Shown here: positions 1-13,121 of the stretch, piece by piece
How the letters are laid out: the number at the start of each line of letters is the position of its first letter
Position numbering within the stretch: the first letter of the stretch is position 1
DNA from: Takakia lepidozioides
Taxonomy: Eukaryota; Plantae; Bryophyta
NCBI GenBank assembly: GCA_030704615.1
Contig: CM060732.1
Span: 59,024,001 to 59,088,000, forward strand
Length of the DNA stretch: 64,000 bases
Direction of reading: 5' to 3'
Notes under the pieces: generated by a model
What the model was told of the DNA's origin: nothing
The model's input: the letters and a program-made list of their open reading frames with translations, nothing else
The model's database searches: none
Program-made: the position numbers and the translations under genes

Positions 1-167
1 ATCCATGGAAGGAAATTAAATCTAAAATCCAGTCACAGTAGTTACAGCCAATCATAAGCCAGAAGCAGGATCAAGAAATTGGAGGGATTTTAAGCGCAAG
101 AGTCGGTGTCGTTCCAAGTAACGGGCGTCTCGACCAGTCAGACCATCAATGCTATAGCTTTGAAGCT

Positions 168-3100
168 ATGGAGGAACTAACAGACTATACGCTCGCGATA
201 CTACTTACGCAGTGGCACGGGGATAGAAGAACAGAGAGTATATTTTCTCTTAATCGATGCTTGCAAGCCCCGCAGGCTTACAAGAAATTACCCATAGCAT
301 TTTGTGGCAACCATACGTTTATGCTTTGTGCCCTACAGGAATTTCTTCAATTGTTACAGCCAAAACCTTTCTGTGGGTCTAGAATGAAGAGAGTGAGAGG
401 AATGGAAGAAATCAGGGTGAAGAGCACCACAATCCTGCAGAAACAAATGATTGCTACGCCACAGGCGATACAGTTACTGAAGGAGCTACGATTAGAAGGA
501 TTGCAAAGCAAAGATTGGACATTGCACCATAGGCAATACATGTTACAATTCTTGCAGAACTTTGAGCCTAGGACAGGAGCAACAACGGTAACGGGAGTTG
601 AATTAGAAGTTACTCCCCTATACCTACAGCAATTGTTTGAATTGTCATCAGGTCAGGTGCATGTGGAGGAGCACAGGGCAAGACTGCAAATAGGGGACTT
701 ATTCCAAGAAGGGAGTTTCTTTAAAACTCAGGGTTATGTTTGTACCAAGGCCGTGTACCCAGGTCTAAGGGAGGTAGGCCAGGTATTAAACGTTCTGTTT
801 GCCATGAAACAGAACCAACAGTATTTGAGCAGATCCTTCACAGAGGAAATACTCAAAGCCCTGAGAAGAGAAGAGGTCGCTTGGGCGGACATAATGTACA
901 ACGGACTGGTAGAGGAGATGAAGAGATTACAAGGCACTGCCGCAAAGTCTCCTATCATAGTGTCTGGGCCAATCATTGCACAAATTATTCTAGACTCGTG
1001 CATACTTGATGCGAGAGAAAGGAAGGAGATGGGAGTGTTTGAGACAGCAACCACTGCCATAGAAGAGCAAGGTTCTTCACAGGGTGAAGGGGGATTGGCA
1101 GAGCATCAACAACCTAAGAGGCAGAGGAAAGCAATCACATTAGAAGCAGAACCATTGGCTAGGAGACAACCAGAGGAAGAAGTTACTCATACTCTTGTGC
1201 AAGAGGGGGCATAGCAGCACAGAGAGATGTGGGTACAAACAACGCAACCTGTGGAGAGAGAACAGGAGGTTACTTCAGTATCATAGCCATCACAGCCAGA
1301 TGATCGGCTTGTCAGAGAGTTACCACAAATTGTCCATGCAGTTTCACCACAAATAATTGATTTGGAGAAAGAAGGGTTAGATATCCCCACTACAGAACAG
1401 GTGGTGGCAGAAATTGAGAAGGGGGACCTTCTCTATGAAAATTCTGGTTTGGTCAGGGAAACAGTGACTCCGGAGGTGCAGCGGTTGTCCAGGGGAAACC
1501 CTACTGTTGTTGTAATACCCACACCTCTGACGGAGGTACCACAGGTAGAATGTCAAGACACTGCAGCACCTGTAGCGGATGAGGTGGTTCAGGAAGAAAA
1601 TCTGGTGTGCCAATGGCCTGAATGGTTCGTGAGGCATCACACTGTTGAGGATCAGGGAGAACAACAGCAAGCTCACCATGATGACCCTCAACAGACCATG
1701 CTTATGAGTTCCATAACCAGGACACTTAATTTGTTGGGCACTTATGTCAAATCCCATGTTCCAACTACCCAATTGGCAGCTTTGAGGGAGGAACTCAGGA
1801 AGGAGTTTGAAGCTTGACTTGCCACTGAGTGTGCAAACAAGGTTGATGAGGAGGTCACTCTCAAGATACAGCAAGACTTAGAGAGTACAGAAGCTGCTTT
1901 GCAATTGGCCAAGGAACAATTGATTGAGGCAGGCCTCGCGCAAGACCAGTTGCACGAAGCACATAAGCAACAGCTATACCAAATGCAGGTGAAGCATGAA
2001 AGCAAGTTGCAAGAAGTGAATGCACTACATACGGAGTTGCAGACAGTGCATGACAGGATGGCCATACAATGTACTGAAGAACAAGGGACAAGAGAAACAC
2101 GTTCAAAATTGAGGTTTACTGATTTGTGCATACTACAAAATTCATCAACAAACTCACAACTACGCTTGAGCAAGCTACAATAGAAGTTAACAGTCAAGCG
2201 GAAAGATGTACGAAGGCAGAGGCAGAGAATGTCGAGCAGGCGAAACTCATTGTCAATATGAAGAATACAATCTGTCGCAATGAGAATACTTTCAAGCAAT
2301 ATAGACAGGTTGAAGCTGACCAAGAGAGATACATCCTGGAATTGCAACAAACGGTCATGGTAAAGATAAATGAACTCTCTGTGGCTAACAAGGCTTGGAA
2401 GGAGGCCAATAATCTGGCTGCTGCCTATGCGAGTTTGGTTGAACCTCATGCGAAGCACATGGAGGCTTTACAGCAGCAGTTAGATATGTACAAACTCAGA
2501 GAGGAGTAGACTCTCAGAGGTGCCACAACCAACTTGGTGGATAACCACCTTCTGCAGGTCTGGTTAGCACAAGGACCGGTGGAAGGCAAAGCACCACGGA
2601 AGCTCACCCAAGCCGAGATGAATGAGCTCAGGCTGCAGGTGCAGAACATTGCCACAACTACTATAGACAATGTCTATAGTAGGATAGCAGAACTACAAGA
2701 GGATGTAGACGGCCTGCAGACTCAGGTGGAGGACCTGACATCAAATATTGACAAGAGAGTCTTTGTACCTGAGGAGCAGCTAATGGCTTCTTATTTACAA
2801 GCCGGAACTTTAGCTTTTCAGTCTTCTTCGCAGGGGGTGCAGGAGATGCCAGTGGTACAAGAGCCCGTGCTACCATTACCACAACAAGTGACTGTGCCAG
2901 TAGCTGACCCAATTGTTACTACAGCCACACCACAGCCGCCACAACCTGAGGTATGGGGGGATGCTGCTTTCAACCCACCTAAAACTCCTGCTGCACAGGA
3001 ATACAGTCGGGCTATGATTATGCCCTTCAACCAAATTCCAATTGTGTTGGATTTGGCTTGGAAGGAATTTAGTCCTCCGCAGTCGTTGGCACATTACTAC

Positions 3101-4014
3101 CAAATCATGCGCATTTGGCTGCCAGTGGCAACTAGGACTAAGGTTCTTCCGAACAATCGACCCATTGAGGATCATCACTTTGCGAGGTACTGGCATGAGG
3201 CAAGTACCATGTTGAAGGAGTTAATTGCCTTCCAAGTTGTACATGGATTCATTTATACCAAGACCAAGGAAGTAGCAAGTATTGTCATGGCTGCGGGTTA
3301 TACTATGCTGCTTGTTTTCTGGCACGTTATCACATTGAACAGCAGAAGATGCAATCGCGCTTTCTGAGTTATTCCAGTGGGGATCATTGGGTCTTACCTT
3401 CAGTGCCACCTCATATGTACCTCTATGATGCAAAGGTGATGATGCAAAAGGATTCCCAACTTCGTTCATGGTTTCATGCGGCCTGGAACAATTTGTCAAC
3501 ACATAAATTCGGGCCTGACGATATTTTCTTTAAGGGCCTTGAGGCATGGAAAAACTTGCACAATTCACAAGTCATTGGTACACCACTCACCTGGACAGAC
3601 AAGGAGTTCAAGGTCTTCACCAATTTTGCAATTCAGCGCTTACAACAAGTTTTACGGTTTAAACTTCCAGACATGGTGGGAACACATTGTATGCCCGAAT
3701 GGATTCCAGTTAGAGTTCAACCATTAAAACACCTCAGAGGGGACGAGGATTCTGATACAACTGTTTCTTCAGCGGACTCTTTTGACATGGCAGAGGACTA
3801 TGCAATTCAGATGGCAGAGAAGAAGCGACGGGGGTCTCCTATGCCTGAAAGATTACCTCGATATCAGCCAAAGGAGGGACTGACATATCCAGGTAGTGTT
3901 CAATCATCTCCGTCAACCAGTGACAGGACTCGAGCTCGCACATGGAGTCCTTCACGAGACTCTAACCGTCAGAAAGGTGCTCGCTCACAAAGGTTTACAA
4001 ATCCCAAACAGTAA
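168..4014 (+). pseudogene. Disrupted long accessory (env-position) ORF of the LTR element, coiled-coil rich, unknown function
   Basis: ORF pieces 168-1214, 1362-1817, 1899-2183, 2126-2509, 2534-3367 and 3349-4014 are joined by single stops or frameshifts; the C-terminal part is conserved in the diverged copy at 14777-16134. Confidence 0.7.
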
Positions 4015-4053
4015 ACCGTGAGGACACGGCTTTTTGAGAGGGGGAGGGGTAAA

Positions 4054-5064
4054 TGTTAGAGGGCTGCTTGGTACTTAGACGCTTTTACGGGATCTGTGGG
4101 GTACCCTTAATTTTTACACAGACTGAGACCATCAGGAGCCTTAGGGGTGACAGCAACAGGCTTTAGGGGGGAGATATATAGCCCGACACAGTCCATCACA
4201 GCCCGACACAGCCGTCACAGTCACAGTCCAACACAGCCCGTCACACACACACAGCTTTTCACAGCTTCGCACAGCCAACACAGCCCGTCACAGTCCGACA
4301 CAGCCCACACAGCCAGTCACAGCCCGATACAGCCGCCACAGCTTCGCACAGCCCTACACAACCCGACACAGCCAGTCACAGCCTGCCACATCCTGATACA
4401 GCCAGTCACAGCTCGGCACAGCTGGGGAACAGTTATCATTGGCAGGGAACGACGGTGGGGGAACGACATCTGAAAAAGGAACGTATACTACTGGGATGAC
4501 GGTTAGTTAGGAAAGCGGTTAGAACAGCTTGTAGGTAGAAAAAGCGAAGAGCGGGGACGTCTAGGGATCATCACTTCTTGGAGGACTTCTGGCATCACTT
4601 CAGGGAAATGAAGCGGAGAGCGCATCTCTGAGTAGAAAGAGGGAGAGCACGGAGTAGGAGGAGAACGATCTGTTGAAGCTTGATGAATGCAAGCAGTAGA
4701 GTTGTAATGTAGAGCAGATTAGAGACTCCATGGCTTCAACCTGATACTTGATAGATATTAATCTGATACATACTTCATACTCACACTGTGTAGAGAGATC
4801 TGAGTGAAGCTGTGGAATGAATGGATGAGTTGATGGAATCTGATAGATTGCTGAAGCAATCTGATACTTAAATACCAACAGTAAGGTAACTAGCTAACAT
4901 GAATACGGGAAGGAATACAAATAGGAAACACCCCCATGATACACTAGCTGTAGGTCATGACTAATTGTTCTGAGCGGGCTGAGTGCTTAGAGATTTCCAA
5001 CTCTTCTATCTTGGAGTTCCCACCTCGGATAGCGAAGGGATGGGTGAGTAAAAGCCGCTCGACA
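4054..5064 (+). repeat. 3' LTR (TG...CA, ~1.0 kb) with internal ACAGCC-type tandem repeat
   Basis: TG/CA ends, preceded by PPT, homologous to 8233-9189 and 16305-17286; CACAGCC-like array at ~4178-4422. Confidence 0.85.
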
Positions 5065-6671
5065 TTTGTCTAGTGTAAATTGCGGCGCCCTTATTCTAAT
5101 TGTGGGGAATCTTATGTCAAAATAACGACCTTGTTTTTGTGCAACCTCTTCTATTTGACACATTCACCAAGAAGAATTCAATTTTGAATTCTGGGGAGAC
5201 GGTTGTATGGTTGACTCCATAGTGGACCCTATAGAGTATGACATTCTCTTCAACCATGTCTCACCACGCAATATTCCATGGGACATGAGGGGGAGGGCTT
5301 GGAGGCATGGGAGGACAAGAAGTCCCACTTTCATTCAAATGCTGATGGAAACATGTTCAAGCATAGAAGGCAGGATGTTGGACATTGCAGCCAACACAAG
5401 TAGGAGATTCTTGTAGTTGCGGTGTCGTTATTAGAGTCCATTGTCCTCTATAGATATTCATGGATTTACTATGCCTACTCACGATTGTTGTTGACATATT
5501 TGTTCTTGATCACTAGACTCATGGATAGGTGCTTCAATGTACTGGGCGGGCGCGAGTCTAGTCGGCATGTCTTCGCATTTGAAGGAAAAACAGCCTTCTA
5601 CGACTCCCATGTAGCGGGCCTGCAGCAGTTGCCAGCAGAGGAGGAGCATGAGGACGATGAGGACTGCAAGAAAGGACCTTGGCAAAGAATGACATTTGTA
5701 TTTCAGTCTTTGTTTCATCAACCATCTCCTCACTGGACGAGTCTGCAAGGCTGTAACATGGCAGTTTGTAAATATTGTCATATGTCAACAAACGTTTAGG
5801 GTTTATAATGGTCAAACATGGATGTCGCTATAATTGAACCCAACACACTTACAATGGTGCAACTCACTCAAATACATGCAGAAGCGGCTTCTCCCGTACT
5901 TGAGTCTCCTCAACTTCGGTCTCCTCCTCCCCTTCTTATTTCTTCTCCCATTGTATGCAAACACGGCTGCTAGAGATCCATTAGGAGGGCGGAGAGGCCT
6001 AATCGGGTAGAGCAATTACTGGCTTCAAGAAATGAGAGAATACAATTGAGGGAGGCCCAATACAAGAATTGTCAAGGCCAAAGTACTCAAGTTTATCGCT
6101 ATGTCCACGTCTGAAAGTGACGGCGATGAGGAGGGCACTTTGCAAGCTTAGGTGGAGAGTGAATGGCAATTTCCTAACCTCTCTTCAGTCAGTGTGGGAT
6201 TTATTTAGTCTTAAAAAAAGCCAATTCAACTATATTATGTGATGGGACCTCTATCTTTGACAGAAAAATGACACAACAATAGGCTAGTATAAGGTGTTGG
6301 GAACAACAAGACCTTTACAAATGATAATATAGTGTTGCAATAAGCCAATGTCAACTTTATTTATAATTTTGGGTGACCACAAACAAAAAAACGTCGCAGC
6401 AATAGGCCGGTCTCAAGTCATCACTACCAAGAAATTTTTCGAGAAGCACGAAGCTGGTATTACGGCACCGTGATTAACCCATCTCCTGCCATTTTTAATT
6501 TTTTTTCCAAACCCTAAATGTGAATAACGGCGCCGCAATAGGCCTAGCCGCGTCCCCGGAGTTCAGAAACAGTGCCTATTACCGTGGATATATGCCCTAT
6601 TACCGTCACTAACGGCATATTATTTCTAATTCCGTGGATGCACGCTCATGGGCTCATGAAAATAAAACCTC
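5065..6671 (+). mobile_element. Terminal fragment of MTase-carrying DNA transposon (paralogue A)
   Basis: Ends ...CATGAAAATAAAACCTC (GAAATAGTAAACCTC in the duplicate at 14735), the reverse complement of the terminus GAGGTTTACTATTTCATGAG at 32709; contains MTase exons and CGGCGCCG/CGGCACCG motifs. Confidence 0.7.
5140..5700 (+). pseudogene. C-terminal exons of beta-class DNA amino-methyltransferase-like gene (paralogue A)
   Basis: VDPIEYDILFNH...WRHGRTRSPTFIQMLMETCSSIEGRMLDIAANT, intron, then GRESSRHVFAFEG; clearly homologous to 34356-35018 and 51510-52103. Confidence 0.75.
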
Positions 6672-9189
6672 GACTCAGGGAGGAGCAAACTCTCAGGGGT
6701 GCCACACAGGACTTGGTGGATAATCACCTTATGCAAGTATGGTTAGCACAAGGGCCGGTAGAAGGCAAAGCACCAAGGAAGCTCACCCAGGGAGAGATGA
6801 ATGATCTCAGATTCCAGGTGCAGAACATTGCCACAACTACTATAGACAATGTCTATAGTAGGAGCGGAGTTACAGGATGATGTGGAAGGCCTGCAGACTC
6901 AAGTGGATAATCTGAGTTCAAATATTGACAAGAGAGTCTTTATTCTTGAGGAGCAGCTGGTGGCTACTTATTTGCATGCCAAACTTTGATTTTTCAGTCT
7001 TCTTCACAGGAAGTGCAGGAGTTACCGTGGTAGAAGGGCCGGTGGTGGCAATATCACAGCCCCCACAGCAGGTGCCTGTGCAGTGGCTGACCCTGTTGCT
7101 ACTATGGCAAAGCCACAGCCTGAGGTTTGGGGGGATGCTGCTTTTAACCCACCTAGGACTCTGCTGCACGGGAGTACAATCGGGCTATGATTATGCCCTT
7201 CAACCAAATTCCCATTGTGCTGGATTTGGCTTAGAAGGAATTTAGTCCTTCACAGTCGTTGGCACATTACTATCAGATCATGCGCATTGGTTGCCAGTGG
7301 CAACTCGGACTAAAGTTCTTCCGAACAATCGACCTATTGAGGATCATCACTTTGCAAGTACTGGTCTGAGGCAGGCACCATGCTGAAGGAATTAATTGCC
7401 TTCCAGGTTGTGCATGGGTACATCTATGCCAAGACCAAAGAGGTATCTAGTATTGTCATGGGATGTGGATTATACTATGCTGCTTGTTTCCTGGCACGGT
7501 ATCACATTGAGCAGCAGAAGATGCAATCACGATTTCTGAGTTATTCCAGTGGGGATCATTGGGTCTTACCTTCAGTGCCACCTCATATGTACCTGTATGA
7601 TGCGAAAGTTATGATGCAGAAGGATTCACAACTTCGTTCATGGTTTAATTTGGCTTGGAACAACTTGGCAATAGAGAAATTGGGCCTTGATGATATTTTC
7701 TATAAGGGACATGAGGCCTGGAAAAACTTACACTGTTCCAAAGTCATTGGCACACCTCTTACCTATACGGCTAAGGAGTTCAGGGCGTTCACTCATTTTG
7801 CTTGCACGCGCTTACAGCAAGTAGTACAGTTTAAGCTTCCCGACATGGTGGGACAACATTATATGCCACGCAGGATTCCGGAGAGGCCACTTAAAGTTCG
7901 GCCGTTGAAACACCTAAGGTGGGACGATGATTCTGATACTACTGGTTCTTCAGGGGACTCTTTTGACATGGCAGAGGACTATGCACTCCAGATGGCAGAA
8001 AAGAAAAGACGGGGATCTCCTATGCCTGAGAGGTTACCTCGTTATCAACCACAGGAGGGTTAGACATTTCCAGGTAGTGCTCAATCGCCTCCATCAGCCA
8101 GTGACAGGGCTCGAGCTCGCATACGGAGTCCTTTATGAGACTCTCGCGTCAAAAGGGTGCTCGCTCACAAAGGTTTGCTAATCCTAAACAGTAAACCGTG
8201 AGGACACGGCTTTTTGAGAGGGGGAGGGGTAATGTTAGAGGGCTGCTTGGGACTTAGACGCTTTTACGGGTTCTATGGGGTACCCTTAATTTTTGCGCAG
8301 ACTTACGGATGGTAGACTGAGACCAACAGGAGCCTTAGGGGTGGCAGCGCAGGCTTTAGGGGGGGTAGACAGCCCACACAGCCCGACACAGCCAGACACA
8401 GCTTCGCACAGCCAGTCACAGCCCGTCACAGTCTGACACAGCCCGACACAGCTTCGCACAGCCAGTCACAGCCGTCACAGTCTGACACAGCCCGACACAC
8501 AGCCAGTCACAGCCCAACACAGCTTTACACAGCCAGTCACAGCAACACACAGCACCTATCACGGCGTACATGGGGAACGGTTATCATTGACAGGGAACGA
8601 CATTTGCAGAGGAACGTGTTACTTCAGGGGTGACGGTTAGTTAGTTAGGTGGTTATAACAGCTTGCGGGTAGATTAGGCAGGGCGGCAACAGGAAGGGGA
8701 TCACTTCACAAGATTACTTCTTGAGGAGTGCGACTTGGTCAGGGGAGGAGGAGACGAAACGGAGAGTGGAACAGTGAAGAGGAGATGATGATTTGATTGA
8801 GACTTAATTCATGCAAGCTGTAGAATCATACAGTAGGGTAGAATAGGGACACTATGGCATAGGCCTGATACTTGATTAATCTTAATCTGATACTTATTCG
8901 ATACAAACATACTCTGTAGAGAGACATGAGAGAAGATGTGGAATGAATGCATGATTAATTGGAACTTGGTAGATACTGAAGCAATCTGATGCTTCAGTAT
9001 ACACAGTAAGGTAAATTGATAACATGAAGGCAAGAAGGAATACAAATAGGAAGCACAACCATGATTCACTAGCTGTAGGTCATGACTGATTGTTCTGAGC
9101 GGGCTGAGTGCTTAGAGATATCCAACTCTTCTATCTTGGAGTTTCCACCTCGGATAGCGAAGGGATGGGTGAGTAAAAGCCGCTCGACA
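6672..9189 (+). mobile_element. 3' portion of a second, diverged LTR element of the same family (accessory ORF remnant, PPT, LTR 8233-9189)
   Basis: Protein similarity to 2534-4014 (VDNHLxQVWLAQGPVEGKAPRKLTQ...); PPT and TG...CA LTR; cut on the left by the DNA-transposon terminus. Confidence 0.8.
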
Positions 9190-9589
9190 CAGCTTCAAGT
9201 GAGAAATACTTATTGTTTTTTATTGAGTCCCAGATGTCCTAGTCCAGAAGCAATACGAAACACCACCCTATGAGTACAGCCTATATCACAAGACTGCCAT
9301 AGTCTGTTAAGCTCTTGAAAAATTCATATTTGTGCCTTGGTTTGCGATCCTCAATTTGAAGGGTACTAACTTTGCATTAGGAAGTTAAAGGTTGCCACTT
9401 ACCCCTATAAGTAAGTGGTCTTTTAGAATTTAAAAATTGAGACTGTCAACTTCTATGCTACTTAGATTTAACCAGTTCGGGTACATTGATAAATGCAAGA
9501 AATGCGGATATGGCAAACCATCAAGCATCCATCTACAAACCTGTCATCAAGTTCTGAAAGCAACCCTTGCACAAAACCAAAGTAGTTTT

Positions 9590-10310
9590 TCCACTTACCA
9601 TAAGCTGGAGGATTTTGGACTGCAACTTGGAGCACGGAGAAGAAATCAGTGTACACCGCCCCTAACCCTGGCAGCTGGCTCCAAGTCAGCGAGCATGCTT
9701 ATTACGGCACTGTTAAACCTCAGAGCCATAGTTTGCAGAAAAGGCACACATGCCCCCATGCTGTGGGTATCTGCTGAGTTGTGAGGGGACACACCCCAGT
9801 GGTCCAAGACTAGCCACTCCAATCTTTCTGGCCCCCAGGTTGTAGAGAAACTGCGACAACACATGGAGGCAATCTGAAATGACTCAACTTCAATTTCACA
9901 CTTACCAACTTCAGTCCACTGTTAGAAATCTGCACGCCCTACGAGGAAGATCTACATTTCAAGCTGCATTTCTAGGTGTATACAATAAATCGGTAAGTAA
10001 ACACACAAGCTTGACAATGCACTTTTGTAGTGTTATTCGAAGCCATGAGAATACAGGATTTTACCCCAATCTGAGAAGAGAGCATTGATATAAGGAGGTC
10101 TTGAAACTCCGACGGTGTATACAGGCTGGGCCACTTGCTTTGCAAAAACCCATAGTATCCATTGACAAAATCGTCAGCCCCAGAGACAATGTAGAAGAGT
10201 GCCCATGCAAAGAAATCACGGCTAGCCTCATGCCCAAGCCTCTCATAAATTTCTTCCTTCACTTTCTGGAAGGCCTCTATCTGCCACGACAACGGAATAA
10301 CTTCGCCCTG
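9590..10310 (-). pseudogene. GDSL esterase/lipase fragment (exons with introns)
   Basis: QIEAFQKVKEEI...ALFYIVSGADDFVNGY and LYNLGARKIGVASLGPLGCVPS-type blocks; N-terminal GDS block absent; frameshifted. Confidence 0.75.
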
Positions 10311-10562
10311 CCATCATTCGTGAACATCATTTGTTAATCTTCTTGGAAAACTGACACAGTGAAATTTCCAACTCGGGCGAACATGCATTGAACGTCAACA
10401 AAGCCATTTACCACGTCATTGTCAAGACATAACCTAACAAACGTACAACGTCCAAGCCAGTGTAGTTGAGGATGCCCGTGGCCCCTGATGCAAAATTCAC
10501 GCCCTACAGTAGACGTTCACCTTTGTTGCGGGATTGGCAGTAAGGGCAAACCCAAGAACTCA

Positions 10563-10760
10563 GCTGGCAGCCTCCAACTCGTGAGCACGCTCTCGTTCAC
10601 ATAGATCATGCATCATCTTTTGACGCTTTTCACTCTGTGTTGTTTTTCATTATTTGAACGCTCTCTACGTACAAGAAGTAGCTCATCATACACAACACGA
10701 GCCTTCTCGTCCCCAAGAACTTCATAGGCCTTTTGCAGCCTCACAAACTCAGCAGCCGCT
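10563..10760 (-). pseudogene. DnaJ-domain (DNAJC17/Cwf23-like) gene fragment
   Basis: AEFVRLQKAYEVLGDEKARVVYD (end of J domain) followed by KRQKMMHDLCERER; no HPD-containing N-terminus. Confidence 0.65.
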
Positions 10761-11130
10761 AGCCAGAACACACCACGCAGAAACCCTCGACAGTCATTGT
10801 GAAGGTCAAAGAGGGAAACCACACGGTGGATCACCAACCACTCACGACAGTAGCTGCAACGGCCTTGTAAAATTAAGGCACGTGGAAGCTGGAAGGTACG
10901 TTGAGGCGGTACGACTTTAGCTTTCGGCGGCGCTCCCGCCCACTTTTTGCGTTCCAAATGATGTTGTGATTGGTCAGACATGATTTCATGTCAGGTGTGG
11001 TCTAGTAGTGATATAGTGGTCTGTGAAGCTACCTTTATAATGTGTATGTGGGCTTTTTCATGTGGGAGTACAGCCAAGGGGCCATAGTATTCACATTACT
11101 TTAGAAACATGAAACAATGGTCTGATGAAT

Positions 11131-12918
11131 TAAAACAACCCTGAGTTTTGACAGGAATCACTCTGAACAATCTTTTTACAGTTCAGGTCTTGATGGAACC
11201 ATAATCACAAGATCTACAACCCTTTTGAAAAAAAGGTGAACCATAGTCCCTGTCCTATAAAACCAGTGACTATTTCAAGATTAACCAACTCTAATATGCA
11301 CAGCACCAGTTATCACATCCGGTCCACCCAGCCGCCACGCCGTGCCTAATTCATGCATCAGTTCTATCAGATCCTAGTGTCCTCCAAGCCACCATCCTCA
11401 ATCATTTTCTCCTCTCCTCGTGTCTGCCAGAACCGCCGCTCTTTCTTCGTGTACAGGTGACCTTCATCACTGTTGACCTCCTTGGCAGGTGATCAGTACT
11501 CAAAGCTGGCAGTTGTTCTCCAAACCTTCACGTGACACTGCTCCAGCTTTCCCCCACCTGTCATTCACACCGCCCCATGGCATTTTCCACCCAGAAGTCA
11601 TTCAGACTTGTTACTTAGAGGGCCATAACAAACTCCCCCACTAAAGATTCATCATTGTCCGCAATGATAGTGAAATGGGGAAAATCCAATTGTAGGTCAC
11701 TCTTTTTCCCAAGTAGCTTCAGATTCTGGATAGTGATACCACTTGACAAGATGTTCACGATATGAACGATTTCGAAGGTGTTTCGTTCTTGTCTCCAGAA
11801 TAGATTCAGGTTCAGCCAATAACTGACCTTCATTCATAATTTTGGGTAGTTCGGGTAGTAGAATATGACTGGGGTCTTTCCTTAGGAGGCTGACATGAAA
11901 GACGTCATGGATTTTCCAAGTAGCTGGCAGATCTAGCTGGTATGCGACAGATCCATAATTTAAGATCACAAAAGGTCCACAAAATTTTGGGGACAGCTTA
12001 GGACACTTGCTCAATTTCAATTGGCTTCTTTTAGGAGCAACTTTCAAGAAGACATTGTCGCCTACCTCAAATTCACGGAAGCTTCTGTGCTTGTCAGCAT
12101 AGAACTTGGCTCTTTCTTGAGCACTTCTCATGCTTCTCTTTACCAAATCCAACACCGAGTGCATTTCACGGACCATGCCATTGACAAACTAGACCTTAGA
12201 CAATGGCGTGGAAAGAGAAGATGGGGTTAAACAATCACGTCCATAGAGTGCTTGAAACGGGCTCATTCCGATGGCACTATGGAAATTCTTGTTATAGGCG
12301 AACTCTATCAAATACAAGTACTGCTCCCAGGAAGTCTGTCTCTGACCAACATACATTCTCAGCATATCCTCAATGATTCGGTTGGTCCGTTCTGTTTGGG
12401 CATCTGTTTCGGGATGATATGCAGTACTAAGTCTCAACTTGGTTCCCAAAAGCTTAAACAAAGCGTCCAAAATGACTTGTGAACTTCGTGTCCCTATCAC
12501 AAATGATCTCACGAGGTATCCCGTGGATCCGAAAGATTTCTTTCATGAAGAGTGAAGCCACCTCATGGGCAGTGATTGTCATTTTTGTGGGAATCAAGTG
12601 TGCTGTCTTAGATAGTCTATCAGCAACCACCATGATGCTATTATGTCCATTTCTGTCCGTGGCAGTGCCACTATAAAATCCATACTTATCGATTCCCAGT
12701 TTCCACTGGGAACACTTAGTGGTTGTAATAATCCAGGAAGACGTATCCTTTCTGATTTTGAGACTTGACATGGAAAGCATATCCACATACTCTTTGATCT
12801 GTCTCTTCATTCCTGGCCAGAAATATTGTTTTTAACGGCCACATAGGTTCTCTGAAAGCCCGGATGTCCAGCTATGGGAATATTATGACAATCATAAATG
12901 ATACACAGTCGCAAATCC
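11131..12918 (-). mobile_element. Truncated duplicate of chromovirus 3' end (LTR 11131-11630, integrase-chromodomain)
   Basis: Near-identical to 19235-21043; stops abruptly at the duplication junction. Confidence 0.85.
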
Positions 12919-13121
12919 GCACAATCCTGGAGAAACAGTAAGGTAACTAGCTAACATGAATACGGGAAGGAATACAAATAGGAAACACCCCCATGATACA
13001 CTAGCTGTAGGTCATGACTAATTGTTCTGAGCGGGCTGAGTGCTTAGAGATTTCCAACTCTTCTATCTTGGAGTTCCCACCTCGGATAGCGAAGGGATGG
13101 GTGAGTAAAAGCCGCTCGACA

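Larger units (their letters stand above)
1..5064 (+). mobile_element. 3' portion of an LTR retrotransposon (probably Ty3/gypsy Tat/Athila-like) with long extra ORF, PPT and 3' LTR
   Basis: Polypurine tract GAGAGGGGGAGGGG at ~4036-4049 directly before TGTTAG...CTCGACA (4054-5064); same ORF-PPT-LTR layout recurs at 6672-9189 and 14736-17286. Confidence 0.8.

Noticed and set aside
4147-4473. ORFs over the ACAGCC repeat in the LTRs
   Set aside because: Low-complexity open frames produced by the tandem repeat.
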